The position numbers and the translations under genes were made by a program. From positions 108-64,107 of the forward strand of contig DAOUOW010000001.1 of assembly GCA_030626475.1 (NCBI GenBank): DNA of 64,000 nt. The letters run 5' to 3'. The notes under the pieces were generated by a model. The model ran no database searches and was not told the DNA's origin. It was given only the letters and a program-made list of their open reading frames with translations. Origin of the DNA: Chloroflexota bacterium (GTDB taxonomy: Bacteria > Chloroflexota > Dehalococcoidia > E44-bin15). Of this stretch, positions 39,363-49,344 are shown one piece after another (the first letter of the stretch is position 1; each line of letters begins with the position of its first letter).

Positions 39363-40616
39363 CTACAATAGCTCCCTGGGGTCAGTGATTTCGCCAGCGA
39401 TGGCAGTGGCAGCAGCGGTAGCTGGACTTCCCAGATAGATAAAACTCTGGGGATTGCCCATGCGCCCCCTAAAATTGCGGTTGGCGGTAGAAAGGCAGCG
39501 CTCCCCATCGCCTAGGACTCCCTGGTGGATTCCCACGCACGGGCCACAACCAGGAGGCAAAACTGTTGCCCCTGCCTCGAGGAAGTCCGTGATATAACCA
39601 GCATTCATCGCCGCCATAAGCACCTTTCTGGAGGCGGGGGCAATTATCAGCCTGGTGGTAGGATGGCGTTTTCGTCCTTTTAGCATTTTGGCGGCAATCG
39701 CCATATCCTCCAACCGACCATTAGTGCAGGTGCCGATAAATACCTGCTCGATTTTTTCGCCCTTTAGGTCTTTGGCTAAGGCGACGTTATCCACAGCATG
39801 GGGCATGGAAACCGCAGGCTCCAGAGAAGTGACATCGATTTCGATAGTTTGTTCATACTCGGCATCGGGATCAGGTTGAAAAGAGCGAAAAAGATCGCCC
39901 CGACCTCGAAATTCCAGATAGCGGCGGGTGATGTCATCGGAGGAGAAGATCCCTGCTTTGGCCCCTGCCTCCACCGTCATATTAGCTAGAGTGAAACGCG
40001 CAGACATATTCATATTATCAATGGTTGGACCACAAAACTCCAGTGCCTTGTAGGTAGCGCCATCGGCACCGATGATCCCGATAAGGTGAAGACTGAGGTC
40101 CTTAGCATACACCCCTTCTTTAAAGCCGCCGCTCACCACTACCTTGAAGCTCTCCGGCACCCTGAGCCAGGTCTTCCCCAGGGCGATGGCAATGGCGACA
40201 TCGGTAGAGCCCATCCCGGTGGCGAAGGCACTCAGCGCCCCAGCGGTGACGGTATGAGAGTCAGCGCCAATTATTACCTCGCCAGGGTTGGCATAGGATT
40301 CCACAACGATCTGGTGACAGATACCCTCCCCGATGTCACAAAGCTGGGCACCATTCTTCACCGCGAAGTCGCGGATAAGGACATGGTCGTTAGCTAGCTC
40401 TGGGGTTGGGCTCGGCGAAGCATGGTCGATAAAAAACACCACCCGTTTGGGGTTGGCCACCTGCTCAAGCCCGCTCGCTGCAAGCTGCCTCAACGCCAGA
40501 GGCGCAGTGCCATCTTGAAGGAAAGCCAGATCGACCTTGGCAATAACTATGTCTCCGGCGCGGGCATCACTCCCCGAATTCTGGCTCAGTATCTTCTCAG
40601 CGAGGGTTTTCCCCAT
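39363..40616 (-). CDS. LeuC/homoaconitase-type large subunit
   Basis: IDH, GICH, GADSHT, IGTCTNGR, CGPCVG, STANRNF. Confidence 0.93.
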   Translation of the reverse strand: MGKTLAEKILSQNSGSDARAGDIVIAKVDLAFLQDGTAPLALRQLAASGLEQVANPKRVVFFIDHASPSPTPELANDHVLIRDFAVKNGAQLCDIGEGICHQIVVESYANPGEVIIGADSHTVTAGALSAFATGMGSTDVAIAIALGKTWLRVPESFKVVVSGGFKEGVYAKDLSLHLIGIIGADGATYKALEFCGPTIDNMNMSARFTLANMTVEAGAKAGIFSSDDITRRYLEFRGRGDLFRSFQPDPDAEYEQTIEIDVTSLEPAVSMPHAVDNVALAKDLKGEKIEQVFIGTCTNGRLEDMAIAAKMLKGRKRHPTTRLIIAPASRKVLMAAMNAGYITDFLEAGATVLPPGCGPCVGIHQGVLGDGERCLSTANRNFRGRMGNPQSFIYLGSPATAAATAIAGEITDPRELL

Positions 40617-40623
40617 GGCAGCG

Positions 40624-42576
40624 CTAACCGATTACCGCTAAGACATCGTCTTTCGCCACCCGATCCCCTGATTTGAACCTCAGTTCCTTGATTGTTCCAT
40701 CGATAGGGGCAGGGATGGTGGTCTCCATCTTCATCGCCTCTAATATAACCACTGTATCGCCAGCTTTAACCTGTTGTCCCACCTCCGCCTCGTATCTGAT
40801 GATCATCCCAGGCATGGGGGCGAGGACGGCTCCCTCTACGGCGACTGCTGGTGCCGCCTTTGGCGGGGCTGCGGGAGCGGAAGCGGTGGCAGGTCGGTTG
40901 GCAGGCATTGCAGAAATGCGCGTCCCTCCTGTCGGCTCTACCTCCACCTGGTAGTACTCATCGCCGACAAAGACGTTGTAAACTCGGAGCCCTGGCCCCT
41001 TGGCCGGAACCGGTTTCTCCACCTTCTCCACCAGCTTGCCCGCTTTCGCCTTGGCAATGAGCTCATCCTCCCGCTTTATCTCCTCCATGGTCTTGGGGGC
41101 ACGGGGAGGCTTCCAATCCGATGGGATCTCCTTGTCCAATCCATACTTGTATCTCAGGAAGCGCATCCCGGTGGTAGGATAGAGGGCGTAGGTTAACACA
41201 TCCTTGTCATCTTTGGCGATGTCTTTGGCAGCCTCTCTCGCTTTTTCCAACTCGGGCTCAACCATATCTGCAGCACGACAGGTGATCGGCTCCTCGCCAC
41301 GCTCATAGCCTTTAAGAACCATCTTCTGGATCTTAGGGTCAATGGGAACTGGTGGCTTGCCATATAGGCCCCAACAGTAGTCCTTCACCTCTTTCGAGAT
41401 AAACTTGTAAGGCCCGAGGAGGGTGTTCTGAACCGCTTGAACCCCCACAATCTGGCTTGTAGGAGTAACCAGAGGAGGAGAACCAAGCTCCGCTCGAGTT
41501 TTGGCCGTCATTGCCCGGCATTCATCCAACCTATCAAGTGCATCAGCCTCCCTTAGCTGTGACACCAGGTTGGTGGTCATCCCACCAGGGATCTGGTGGA
41601 CGAGGACGCCAGCGTCGATAACCGACATCCGCGAGGTGTCCAGGAAATCCCTGTACTTGGGGGCTATCTGCTCAAGCATCTGACCACAGTTGAATAGCTG
41701 CTCGATATCAAGCCCGGTATCCCTATCAGTCCCATAGAGAGCCACCACTAAAGGCTCGATCGCCGGCTGTGAAGACCTTAAGGCAAAGGGGGATAGAGCG
41801 GTATCGATGATATCAACCCCGGCCTCGATTGCTTTTAGCAGAGACATGGAACCCTGCCCGCTAGTGTAGTGGGTATGGAGCTCGATAGGGACATCTAATG
41901 CCTCCTTTAGAGCTTTGATTAGCTCATAGGCATCATATGGGGATATCAGCCCTGCCTGGTCCTTAATGCAGATGCTATCAGCACCCAAATCCCGCAGGGT
42001 GAGGGCCTTCTTGACATAATAATCCATGCTATACACCGGTCCACCCATCCTGGGCTGTGTGAGGGAATAACATATAGCCCCTTGGTAATGCTTTCCCGTT
42101 TTCTTGATTGCCTTAGCGGCGCGTTCGTGATTGCGCTCATCATTCACGGCATCAAAGACGCGGAAGATATCAATCCCGGCATCGGCAGCATTCTCAACGA
42201 AGCAATCGACCAAGTCATCAGGGTGGTTTCGATAGGCAACCAGGTTCTGCCCTCTGAGAAGCATCATAAGCGGGGTGTCGGGCATGAGTTTTTTTAATAT
42301 CCGAGGCCTATCCCAAGGATCCTCACCCAAAAAGCGGTGTGGGACATCAAAGGTTGCCCCTCCCCAAACCTCCATGGAATAGAAGCCACACTTATTCATC
42401 TCCGCAGCCATCCATTCCATATCCTCGGTTCGCATCCTGGTAGCGAGACAGGACTGGTGTCCATCCCGAAAGGTAGTATCACAGACCTTAACCGGATTTG
42501 CTGCTTTTGGCCTTTCCTTTACCTTTTCAGTGGTCAACTCGCTTGCCTTATATGGGCCCTCTCCCATGCCAGTCAT
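40624..42576 (-). CDS. Pyruvate/oxaloacetate carboxyltransferase (PycB/OadA/transcarboxylase 5S-type) fused to biotin carrier
   Basis: RDGHQS, EVWGGATFD, IKDQAG, HTH, QIPGGM, LVTPTSQIVG; C-terminal EAMKM. Confidence 0.94.
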   Translation of the reverse strand: MTGMGEGPYKASELTTEKVKERPKAANPVKVCDTTFRDGHQSCLATRMRTEDMEWMAAEMNKCGFYSMEVWGGATFDVPHRFLGEDPWDRPRILKKLMPDTPLMMLLRGQNLVAYRNHPDDLVDCFVENAADAGIDIFRVFDAVNDERNHERAAKAIKKTGKHYQGAICYSLTQPRMGGPVYSMDYYVKKALTLRDLGADSICIKDQAGLISPYDAYELIKALKEALDVPIELHTHYTSGQGSMSLLKAIEAGVDIIDTALSPFALRSSQPAIEPLVVALYGTDRDTGLDIEQLFNCGQMLEQIAPKYRDFLDTSRMSVIDAGVLVHQIPGGMTTNLVSQLREADALDRLDECRAMTAKTRAELGSPPLVTPTSQIVGVQAVQNTLLGPYKFISKEVKDYCWGLYGKPPVPIDPKIQKMVLKGYERGEEPITCRAADMVEPELEKAREAAKDIAKDDKDVLTYALYPTTGMRFLRYKYGLDKEIPSDWKPPRAPKTMEEIKREDELIAKAKAGKLVEKVEKPVPAKGPGLRVYNVFVGDEYYQVEVEPTGGTRISAMPANRPATASAPAAPPKAAPAVAVEGAVLAPMPGMIIRYEAEVGQQVKAGDTVVILEAMKMETTIPAPIDGTIKELRFKSGDRVAKDDVLAVIG

Positions 42577-42653
42577 TTGCTTTCACCTCCCAAAAACTTT
42601 TAATCTAAAGACGAACTGCTGCGCTTACTTTCTATCGCCTCCTTCTTGAATGG

Positions 42654-42848
42654 CTAGCGAGCTTGCGCCCTTCCTATTCTCATTTGCCATAACACCCGCA
42701 TACTCATCATTTCTTCTAGCCCGGCATATTTCCAAAAACTGAGCTCATAGCGAGGCCTGGGTGGCACTGCTAGAGCTTGAGCTTCCTCTTCCATAAGGTG
42801 GTCTATGGCCACCATGATCGCAGCCATGACCCCTGCTTTATCGCTCAC
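42654..42848 (-). CDS. Small carboxylase-associated protein (epsilon/linker-like)
   Basis: 64 aa, AAIMVAI helix and S.W..AG motif; lies between two carboxyltransferase genes; AGGTG RBS. Confidence 0.6.
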   Translation of the reverse strand: MSDKAGVMAAIMVAIDHLMEEEAQALAVPPRPRYELSFWKYAGLEEMMSMRVLWQMRIGRAQAR

Positions 42849-42857
42849 TTTTCACCT

Positions 42858-44408
42858 CTAAAGTGGTATGTTCCCATGCTTCTTAGGCGGATTGGTATCC
42901 CGCTTGTTTTGTAGCATCTCTAGTGCTTTAATCAACCTGGGGCGTGTCTCCCTGGGGTCGATGACATCATCAATATAGCCCAAGGAAGCAGCCACATAGG
43001 GATTGGCAAATTTCTCCACATATTCAGCCACAAGCTGGCTGCGGGTCTCATCTGGCTTATCCGACTTGGTGATGGTTTCCCTGTGGATGATGTTCACCGC
43101 ACCCTCAGGGCCCATGACCGCGATCTCAGCCGTGGGCCAGGCATAATTGATGTCGGCTCGCAGGTGCTTACTGCTCATCGCAATATAGGCACCGCCATAG
43201 GCTTTCCTGGTGATCACGGTTACTTTGGGGACCGTGGCTTCCGAATAGGCGTAGATCATCTTGGCGCCATTTGAGATGATTCCTCCGTATTCTTGATCCA
43301 CCCCGGGCATATATCCCGGGACATCGGTAAAGGTGATTATGGGGATATTGAAGGCGTCGAGGAAGCGAACAAAGCGGGCTGCTTTGTTTGAGGCGTCAAT
43401 ATCGATAACCCCTGCCGACATCAAGGGCTGCTGGGCAACAATGCCCACCGAGCGCCCATCGAGCCTGGCAAAGCCGGTGATGATGTTGGGGGCATAATAC
43501 TCGTGGACCTCCAGGAATTCGCCGTTATCCATCAACCGCCCGATGATCTCCTTCATATCGTAGGCTTTGGTGGGGTCATCAGGAACGATGTAAAGAAGTT
43601 CCTCATCCATCCTTTCAGGGTAATCGCTGGGCTCCACAAGAGGGGTCTCCTGCATATTGTTCTGCGGCACGTAGCTTAGGAGCAAGCGCACCTTATCCAG
43701 GCAGTCCTGATCATTCTCGGCGACGAAGTGGCAAACACCGCTGTTAGAGGCATGAACCATCGCTCCGCCCAGTTGCTCATGGGTCACCTCCTCGCCAGTC
43801 ACCGCCTTAATCACATCAGGGCCGGTAATATACATCTGCCCCGTCCCTTTCACCATAAAGACGAAGTCAGTTAGTGCCGGGGAGTAGACGGCGCCTCCGG
43901 CACAGGGACCCATGATCACTGAGATCTGGGGGATAACCCCCGAGGACAGGGTATTGCGGAGGAAGATGTCGCCATATCCAGCGAGGCTGAGCACCCCCTC
44001 CTGGATCCTGGCCCCTCCGGAATCATTGAGCCCGATGAACGGGGCCCCATTTTTCACCGCCAGGTCCATGACCTTGCAAATCTTCTGCGCCACCACCTCC
44101 GATAGCGATCCGCCAAAGACGGTGAAATCCTGGGCGAAGAGGTAAACCGTCCTGCCATTGACCGTGCCGTACCCGGTGACTACAGCATCGCCCGGGAATT
44201 TCCTGTCGGCGAGACCGAACTCCGTGGCGCGATGGGTGACAAAAGCATCCATTTCCTCGAAGCTGCCTTCATCGAGGAAATAAGAGATGCGCTCTCTAGC
44301 GGTAAGCTTGCCCCGCTCATGCTGAGCTTCGATGCGCTTGGCTCCACCCCCCAGCTTTGACTCCTCCCTCCGTTTGCCCAGTGCTTCTATCCTATCTTCA
44401 ATTGCCAT
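42858..44408 (-). CDS. Methylmalonyl/propionyl-CoA carboxyltransferase (12S/MmdA/PccB type)
   Basis: [43 protein letters not shown]; start ATG 44408. Confidence 0.96.
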   Translation of the reverse strand: MAIEDRIEALGKRREESKLGGGAKRIEAQHERGKLTARERISYFLDEGSFEEMDAFVTHRATEFGLADRKFPGDAVVTGYGTVNGRTVYLFAQDFTVFGGSLSEVVAQKICKVMDLAVKNGAPFIGLNDSGGARIQEGVLSLAGYGDIFLRNTLSSGVIPQISVIMGPCAGGAVYSPALTDFVFMVKGTGQMYITGPDVIKAVTGEEVTHEQLGGAMVHASNSGVCHFVAENDQDCLDKVRLLLSYVPQNNMQETPLVEPSDYPERMDEELLYIVPDDPTKAYDMKEIIGRLMDNGEFLEVHEYYAPNIITGFARLDGRSVGIVAQQPLMSAGVIDIDASNKAARFVRFLDAFNIPIITFTDVPGYMPGVDQEYGGIISNGAKMIYAYSEATVPKVTVITRKAYGGAYIAMSSKHLRADINYAWPTAEIAVMGPEGAVNIIHRETITKSDKPDETRSQLVAEYVEKFANPYVAASLGYIDDVIDPRETRPRLIKALEMLQNKRDTNPPKKHGNIPL

Positions 44409-44537
44409 TTCCCCGCCTTTAGTTTGTGATGATATGCACATTCTTATTTTACCACCCCCCTTCCCCAAAATGCAAGGAAAAAGGGAGTGAAGTTGAACTG
44501 GTGATCCTATCTCGGGATGCGATTTGAAGTCGATTTT

Positions 44538-45428
44538 TCAGCGGGGGTTGTCCTTTTCTCTCTGGGCAATGGACTCCGCCATCGCCAACAGCCTCTGAGC
44601 TCTTCGGGCTTGGGGTATGTCGATCATCTTTCCCTCAAGAGAGGTAGAGGCGAAGCCCTGGGCTTCAGCGGTGGCAAAGGCCTCCACGATCCCCCTCGCT
44701 TGAGTTATCTCCTCCGGAGTAGGGCGGAAGACCTGATTAACCGGGTCTACCTGGCTGGGGTGAATCAGGAACTTGCCCTCAAAGCCGAGGCTTCGGGCAA
44801 GCCTCGCCTCTTTAATCAGCCCTTCTTCATCCCTGAAATTGTTATACGGGGTATCTATGGCGATTACATCGGCAGCCTTGGCAGCGAGGACTACCATGAT
44901 GCGGGGGAAGAGAAGCTCGTTCCCCTCCTCGGTGCGCTCCATGCCGGTGTCCAAGGTTAAGTCCTCAGCACCCAAGGAAACGCCCACCACCCTGGGGGAG
45001 GCGCTGGCGATATCGAAGGCATTGAGAAGCCCCTTTGCTGTCTCAATCCAGGGGATGAGCTTGACGTGACCATGCTTGATCCCCCTTTCCATTTCTAATC
45101 TCTCGATGATAGCCTCCACCTGCCTTACCTCGTCCCCGGAGCTGGGCTTGGGCTGGTTGATGCCATCGATGCCATCGGTGATCACAGCCTCCAAATCCTG
45201 CTGGCCATAGCCGCTGAGGATGGAGTTAATACGCACAAAAACCTTCTGCCCCTTAAGCGCCAGTCCGGCTATGGAGTCGGCTACTATGGCTCTGGCCTTG
45301 GCTTTCTCCGCCGCCGGTACCGAGTCCTCAAGGTCAAGCACGAGGACATCAGCAGGAAGGGAGCGCGCCTTCTCGATCATGTTCTGCCTGATTGCAGGGA
45401 CAGAGAGGAGTGTTCTCAGTGGCTCCAT
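44538..45428 (-). CDS. CitE-like CoA-ester lyase (citryl/malyl-CoA lyase family)
   Basis: LDLEDSV, VRIN, IETAKG, GAEDL, GKFLIHPSQV, GKMID.P. Confidence 0.92.
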   Translation of the reverse strand: MEPLRTLLSVPAIRQNMIEKARSLPADVLVLDLEDSVPAAEKAKARAIVADSIAGLALKGQKVFVRINSILSGYGQQDLEAVITDGIDGINQPKPSSGDEVRQVEAIIERLEMERGIKHGHVKLIPWIETAKGLLNAFDIASASPRVVGVSLGAEDLTLDTGMERTEEGNELLFPRIMVVLAAKAADVIAIDTPYNNFRDEEGLIKEARLARSLGFEGKFLIHPSQVDPVNQVFRPTPEEITQARGIVEAFATAEAQGFASTSLEGKMIDIPQARRAQRLLAMAESIAQREKDNPR

Positions 45429-45546
45429 TTCTTGCCTCCGCGATGCTCAGGCTAGTATGCTTTTTTCTGCTGCTGGTTGTCAAGCGCATATGATACCTCG
45501 AGCAAGTATTCTCAAAGGCATAGCCATGTGCTAGAATCTGAGGGCG

Positions 45547-46383
45547 ATGAGCACTATTCTTGGCGTTACCCGATGCGGCAAAATGGAGTTCAGATGGGGG
45601 GAGAAGACCTATATCATGGGCGTGATCAACCTCACCCCCGATTCCTTCGCCGGCGATGGGCTGGGGGGCGATGTTGAGGCTGCGATGGCCCAGGCAAGAC
45701 GCCTAGTGGAGGAGGGGGCTGACATTCTGGATGTCGGCGGTGAGTCCACGCGCCCGGAATCCAGTCCCACAGCAGTGGATGAAGAGCTGCGGAGGGTGAT
45801 ACCGGTGATTGAGCGGTTAGCTGCCGAGGTCAGCGTGCCCGTGAGCATTGACACCTACAAATCGGCGGTGGCGCGGCACGCCCTGGATGCGGGGGCGAGG
45901 ATGATTAACGACGTCTGGGGATTGAGACGCGACCCCGAGCTTGCCTGGGTCGCTGCCGAGGCGGGGGTCCCCATTGTTATCGTGGCCAATCAGCGGGAAA
46001 CAACCTATCAAGAGGTTGTGCCTGAGGTTATGGCCGCCTTGAAGAGTGGCATAAGGCTGGCACTGGATGCCGGGGTAGCCTGGGAGAACATCATCATTGA
46101 CCCCGGCATCGGTTTTGGCAAGACACTGGAGGGAAATCTGGAGCTCATCCACCGCCTCGGGGAGCTTAGGGCGCTGGAGAGACCAATCCTGCTCGGCACA
46201 TCACGCAAATCGATGATTGGCCTGGTGCTAGACCTGCCCGTGGATCAGCGATTGGAAGGCACGGCAGCTACCGTGGCTCTGGGCATTGCCAACGGCGCCG
46301 ATATGGTGCGGGTGCACGATGTCTTGCCCATGGTGCGCGTCTCAAGAATGACCGACGCCATCGTCAGGGGACAAGCGAAATGA
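45547..46383 (+). CDS. folP: Dihydropteroate synthase
   Basis: MGVINLTPDSF, GGESTRP, DPGIGFGK, SRKS, VRVHDV. Confidence 0.97.
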   Translation: MSTILGVTRCGKMEFRWGEKTYIMGVINLTPDSFAGDGLGGDVEAAMAQARRLVEEGADILDVGGESTRPESSPTAVDEELRRVIPVIERLAAEVSVPVSIDTYKSAVARHALDAGARMINDVWGLRRDPELAWVAAEAGVPIVIVANQRETTYQEVVPEVMAALKSGIRLALDAGVAWENIIIDPGIGFGKTLEGNLELIHRLGELRALERPILLGTSRKSMIGLVLDLPVDQRLEGTAATVALGIANGADMVRVHDVLPMVRVSRMTDAIVRGQAK

Positions 46384-46913
46384 GGGTGAGGCATCATCTG
46401 CCGCCGGGGCCAGTGACCATTTATCTTGGTCTGGGGTCCAATCTGGGAGACCGAAAGGCAAACCTGGAAAAGGCGCTCCAATTTCTTGGTCAGACGCTCT
46501 CTGTAGAGCAAATCTCCTCCGTCTATGAGACCCAGCCGGTGGGAAACGAGGACCAACCCCTGTTTCTCAATGCCGTTTGTCGTGCCGCCACTGATATCGG
46601 CCCCTTCCAGCTTCTCTCCCTGATTAAGGGGATCGAGGTCGCCCTGGACAGAGTGCCGAGCTTCCCCAATGCCCCCCGCACCATCGACATCGACATCCTT
46701 CTTTATGGCAATCTGGTAATAGAGGCACCAGAACTGGTCATCCCCCATCCTCGTTTGGAGGAGAGGGCCTTTGCCCTTGTTCCCCTGGCTGAGATCGCCC
46801 CCGACCTCATCCACCCCATAAGCAGTCGCAGCATCCAGGAGCTGGCGACCAGGGTTCAGGGAAGGGATGAGGTGGTGAAAGTAGGTAAGCTTGATGATGA
46901 ACTTAGGAAATAA
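46380..46913 (+). CDS. folK: 6-hydroxymethyl-7,8-dihydropterin pyrophosphokinase
   Basis: LGLGSNLGDR, FLNAV, PRTIDIDIL, IPHP. Confidence 0.96.
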   Translation: MRVRHHLPPGPVTIYLGLGSNLGDRKANLEKALQFLGQTLSVEQISSVYETQPVGNEDQPLFLNAVCRAATDIGPFQLLSLIKGIEVALDRVPSFPNAPRTIDIDILLYGNLVIEAPELVIPHPRLEERAFALVPLAEIAPDLIHPISSRSIQELATRVQGRDEVVKVGKLDDELRK

Positions 46914-46924
46914 AGGGAGACACT

Positions 46925-47893
46925 ATGCCAGAACCCGCGAAGGATAGCGCTGCGGATGCCAGAGCGTCACTCTGGGGGCCTCTAGGCCATGCTATGCGCT
47001 CTCTATACCAATACAGTAAGAGATCGTCGGTTCAGTCCCTTAGAGAATTGGCAGATAGACTATGGGACACTATTGGTCGCATTTGGTTTATGGTAATCAT
47101 ACCCGAGCAATTTTTAATCCACGAGCAAAGCAACTTACGGTTTTACTGGCATCACCTCGTGGCTGCACTGAAAACTGGAACACTAGGATCCACAGACACT
47201 CTAACGGACGATGAAAGAGAAGCATATGAAGCGGCGATGAAAGAATTATACGAAAAAACCGCTAGCGATGTAGAACAGGAGAAGTTATTTGAAGAGTGGC
47301 TCAGCAAGGCTATGCGAGAGAAACCCCACGTCATCGAAATGCTCCAGATGGATGAACCATACAAATCTCTGCTTTATTCAGGATTAATATGGGCATGGAT
47401 ATCTTTTGAGGTGTTCGCTAGCGACTTGTGGGAAGCAGTGGTTAATACGGCTACAGGGAAAGTTAGATCAAGGATACTGCATTCTATTAGTGCTGCCAGA
47501 CCCTCAGTAAAGATAGACCACATTGCAAAATACGATTATGACGTTAGAGGTCACCTAGGAACAATCATGAAAGATAGCTGCGATTTTACGTCATTGGATG
47601 GTATTCAGAAAGCCTATAAGGTGATATTTCCGAAAAGCCAAAGTATTTCAAAGGCTCTAGGCAAGAGAGAGTTACTCGAACTGGAGGCAAGCCGCCATCT
47701 AATCGTGCACCGGTCTGGAATAGTAGATGATGAATTTCTCCGAAGGACAAAACTGAAACTGAAAAAAGGAGATGAGTTGCCTGTCACTGATAAACAGGTG
47801 CGTGATTATTGCACTCTGACCGTGGAAGTTGCGCTTATTCTGCTGGCAGCAGCAGAATCGCTAGTCGGAAGAAAGTCGCCAAAAAATAAATGA
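46925..47893 (+). CDS. Hypothetical protein with C-terminal HEPN-like R-x4-H motif
   Basis: 322-aa ORF, GGGAG RBS, SFEVF...SRHLIVHRSG; AT-richer codon use than flanks. Confidence 0.6.
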   Translation: MPEPAKDSAADARASLWGPLGHAMRSLYQYSKRSSVQSLRELADRLWDTIGRIWFMVIIPEQFLIHEQSNLRFYWHHLVAALKTGTLGSTDTLTDDEREAYEAAMKELYEKTASDVEQEKLFEEWLSKAMREKPHVIEMLQMDEPYKSLLYSGLIWAWISFEVFASDLWEAVVNTATGKVRSRILHSISAARPSVKIDHIAKYDYDVRGHLGTIMKDSCDFTSLDGIQKAYKVIFPKSQSISKALGKRELLELEASRHLIVHRSGIVDDEFLRRTKLKLKKGDELPVTDKQVRDYCTLTVEVALILLAAAESLVGRKSPKNK

Positions 47894-47916
47894 GTCCTCC
47901 CCAAACCCCCTCTGCT

Positions 47917-48675
47917 TTACCAGGCGATCGAAATCTCTTTGACTACGCCTTCCATGGGCAACAAGTAAAAGTCGGAACAAGAAAATACAAGTTCGAATGT
48001 GATTTGCTTGCCCTTTCTCAGTGTAACTATTTTATCTGAGGAGCAACGACCCATATCCGCATTGCCTACATCAATAAAAACCAGTCCTTGGTCTATCGTG
48101 TTAAAGGCGTTTACGGCATGACCTACATCGTTGTAATAGAAAGCAATGCCCACCCAGGCAGCACGTATCCCCGCTGATTCAGCATTATTATGCAGCATCT
48201 CTGCATAGTCGCCGCAGACAAATATTTCCTCCCTATATGGAATTTCATCTGTCTTATCTTGCCGAAGGAAGTCTTTCAGCTCAGACCAAGTAACGTCAGT
48301 GGCCTCAGGATTATCGCATAATCTTATCTTGTGGCCATCTGCTCCTGTCTGTATGTAAGTGATTCCGTTTTCTCTGGTCTCTACAAACTTGCATTCAAGA
48401 GCAGGACTATGCCCGGGTGTAGGTGTCGGTGTCGGTGCTAGCGAAGATATATGCGAACTTCCACCTTTTTCCTGAAACAATTCTTGTGGGTCAACGATGC
48501 CCTGTGAATATAAAGAGGCCAGGCATAATATGGGAATAAAAACGAGGACAAATAATATCGCTAAAGATGGCCGAACTAGCCTTGCCTTTTTCGTTCTTGC
48601 GAGGGGCCACCCACATTCCGTGCAGAACCTGGCATTTTCGTCAACTTCACTACCGCAACTGGGACACAATCGCAT
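47917..48675 (-). CDS. Zinc-ribbon membrane protein with a probable papain/transglutaminase-like extracytoplasmic domain
   Basis: CPSCG...FCTECG, one TM helix, PTPTPTP linker, VCGDYA...GHAVNAF...FID. Confidence 0.7.
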   Translation of the reverse strand: MRLCPSCGSEVDENARFCTECGWPLARTKKARLVRPSLAILFVLVFIPILCLASLYSQGIVDPQELFQEKGGSSHISSLAPTPTPTPGHSPALECKFVETRENGITYIQTGADGHKIRLCDNPEATDVTWSELKDFLRQDKTDEIPYREEIFVCGDYAEMLHNNAESAGIRAAWVGIAFYYNDVGHAVNAFNTIDQGLVFIDVGNADMGRCSSDKIVTLRKGKQITFELVFSCSDFYLLPMEGVVKEISIAW

Positions 48676-48800
48676 ATTCGAAACCCGTTTGGCCTTTATC
48701 TCTATCCGCAGATGACTCTAGCATCTTCACAGGGCAAGCACAAGACCCAAAAGTCCTATTAGCCCAGTCCTATCTAACCCGCTATTTCAGACTGTGCAAT

Positions 48801-48829
48801 ATTATACCATTTTATACTATTTTTGACAA
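48801..48829 (-). promoter_or_regulatory. sigma70-type promoter for zinc-ribbon gene
   Basis: TTGTCA-17 bp-TATAAT with TGn. Confidence 0.6.
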
Positions 48830-48972
48830 TGCGGGGAGCACGGCTGCGACTTTGGCCATAGCTAAAAGCCATCCTTATCACCGGGCTCAATTCAAAGGGG
48901 CTAAGCCCCGCCCACGCTTCTACAGTTTCTCGGTTTAGGTTATAATTGGTGAAGATAGGGAAGGAGGACTTT

Positions 48973-49344
48973 GTGTTCGAAGTATCAGTGCGAGAGCACT
49001 TTGATGCCGCGCACTACCTGAGGGGCTACCGCGGGAAGTGTGAGAACCTTCATGGACACCGCTTTCAGGTGATGGTCACGGTGCGGACTGCGGATGTTGA
49101 CGAAATCGGGCTGGCATTTGACTTTGTCGAGCTGAAGAGGCATCTCAGGGAGATTCTGGAGCGCCTGGATCACACCTGCCTCAATGAGGTGCCGCCCTTT
49201 GACAGTATAAACCCCTCGTCGGAAAACATCGCTGCTACCATCTGTAACGAGCTTGAGAAAAGGCTGACCGGGATATCCATCTCCAGCGTCCAGGTGTGCG
49301 AATCCCCTGAGGCTTGTGTCACCTATTTGCCTGAGGATGGTTAG
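48973..49344 (+). CDS. queD: 6-carboxytetrahydropterin synthase / PTPS family (COG0720)
   Basis: FDAAHYL, CENLHGH, LDH, NPSSENIA, ESP; AGGAGG RBS before GTG 48973. Confidence 0.93.
   Translation: MFEVSVREHFDAAHYLRGYRGKCENLHGHRFQVMVTVRTADVDEIGLAFDFVELKRHLREILERLDHTCLNEVPPFDSINPSSENIAATICNELEKRLTGISISSVQVCESPEACVTYLPEDG

Larger units (their letters stand above)
46873..48963. mobile_element. AT-richer two-gene insertion between folK and queD, bounded by degenerate 17-bp direct repeats
   Basis: TGGTGAAAGTAGGTAAG (46873-46889) vs TGGTGAAGATAGGGAAG (48947-48963), 14/17 identical; no recombinase gene. Confidence 0.5.
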
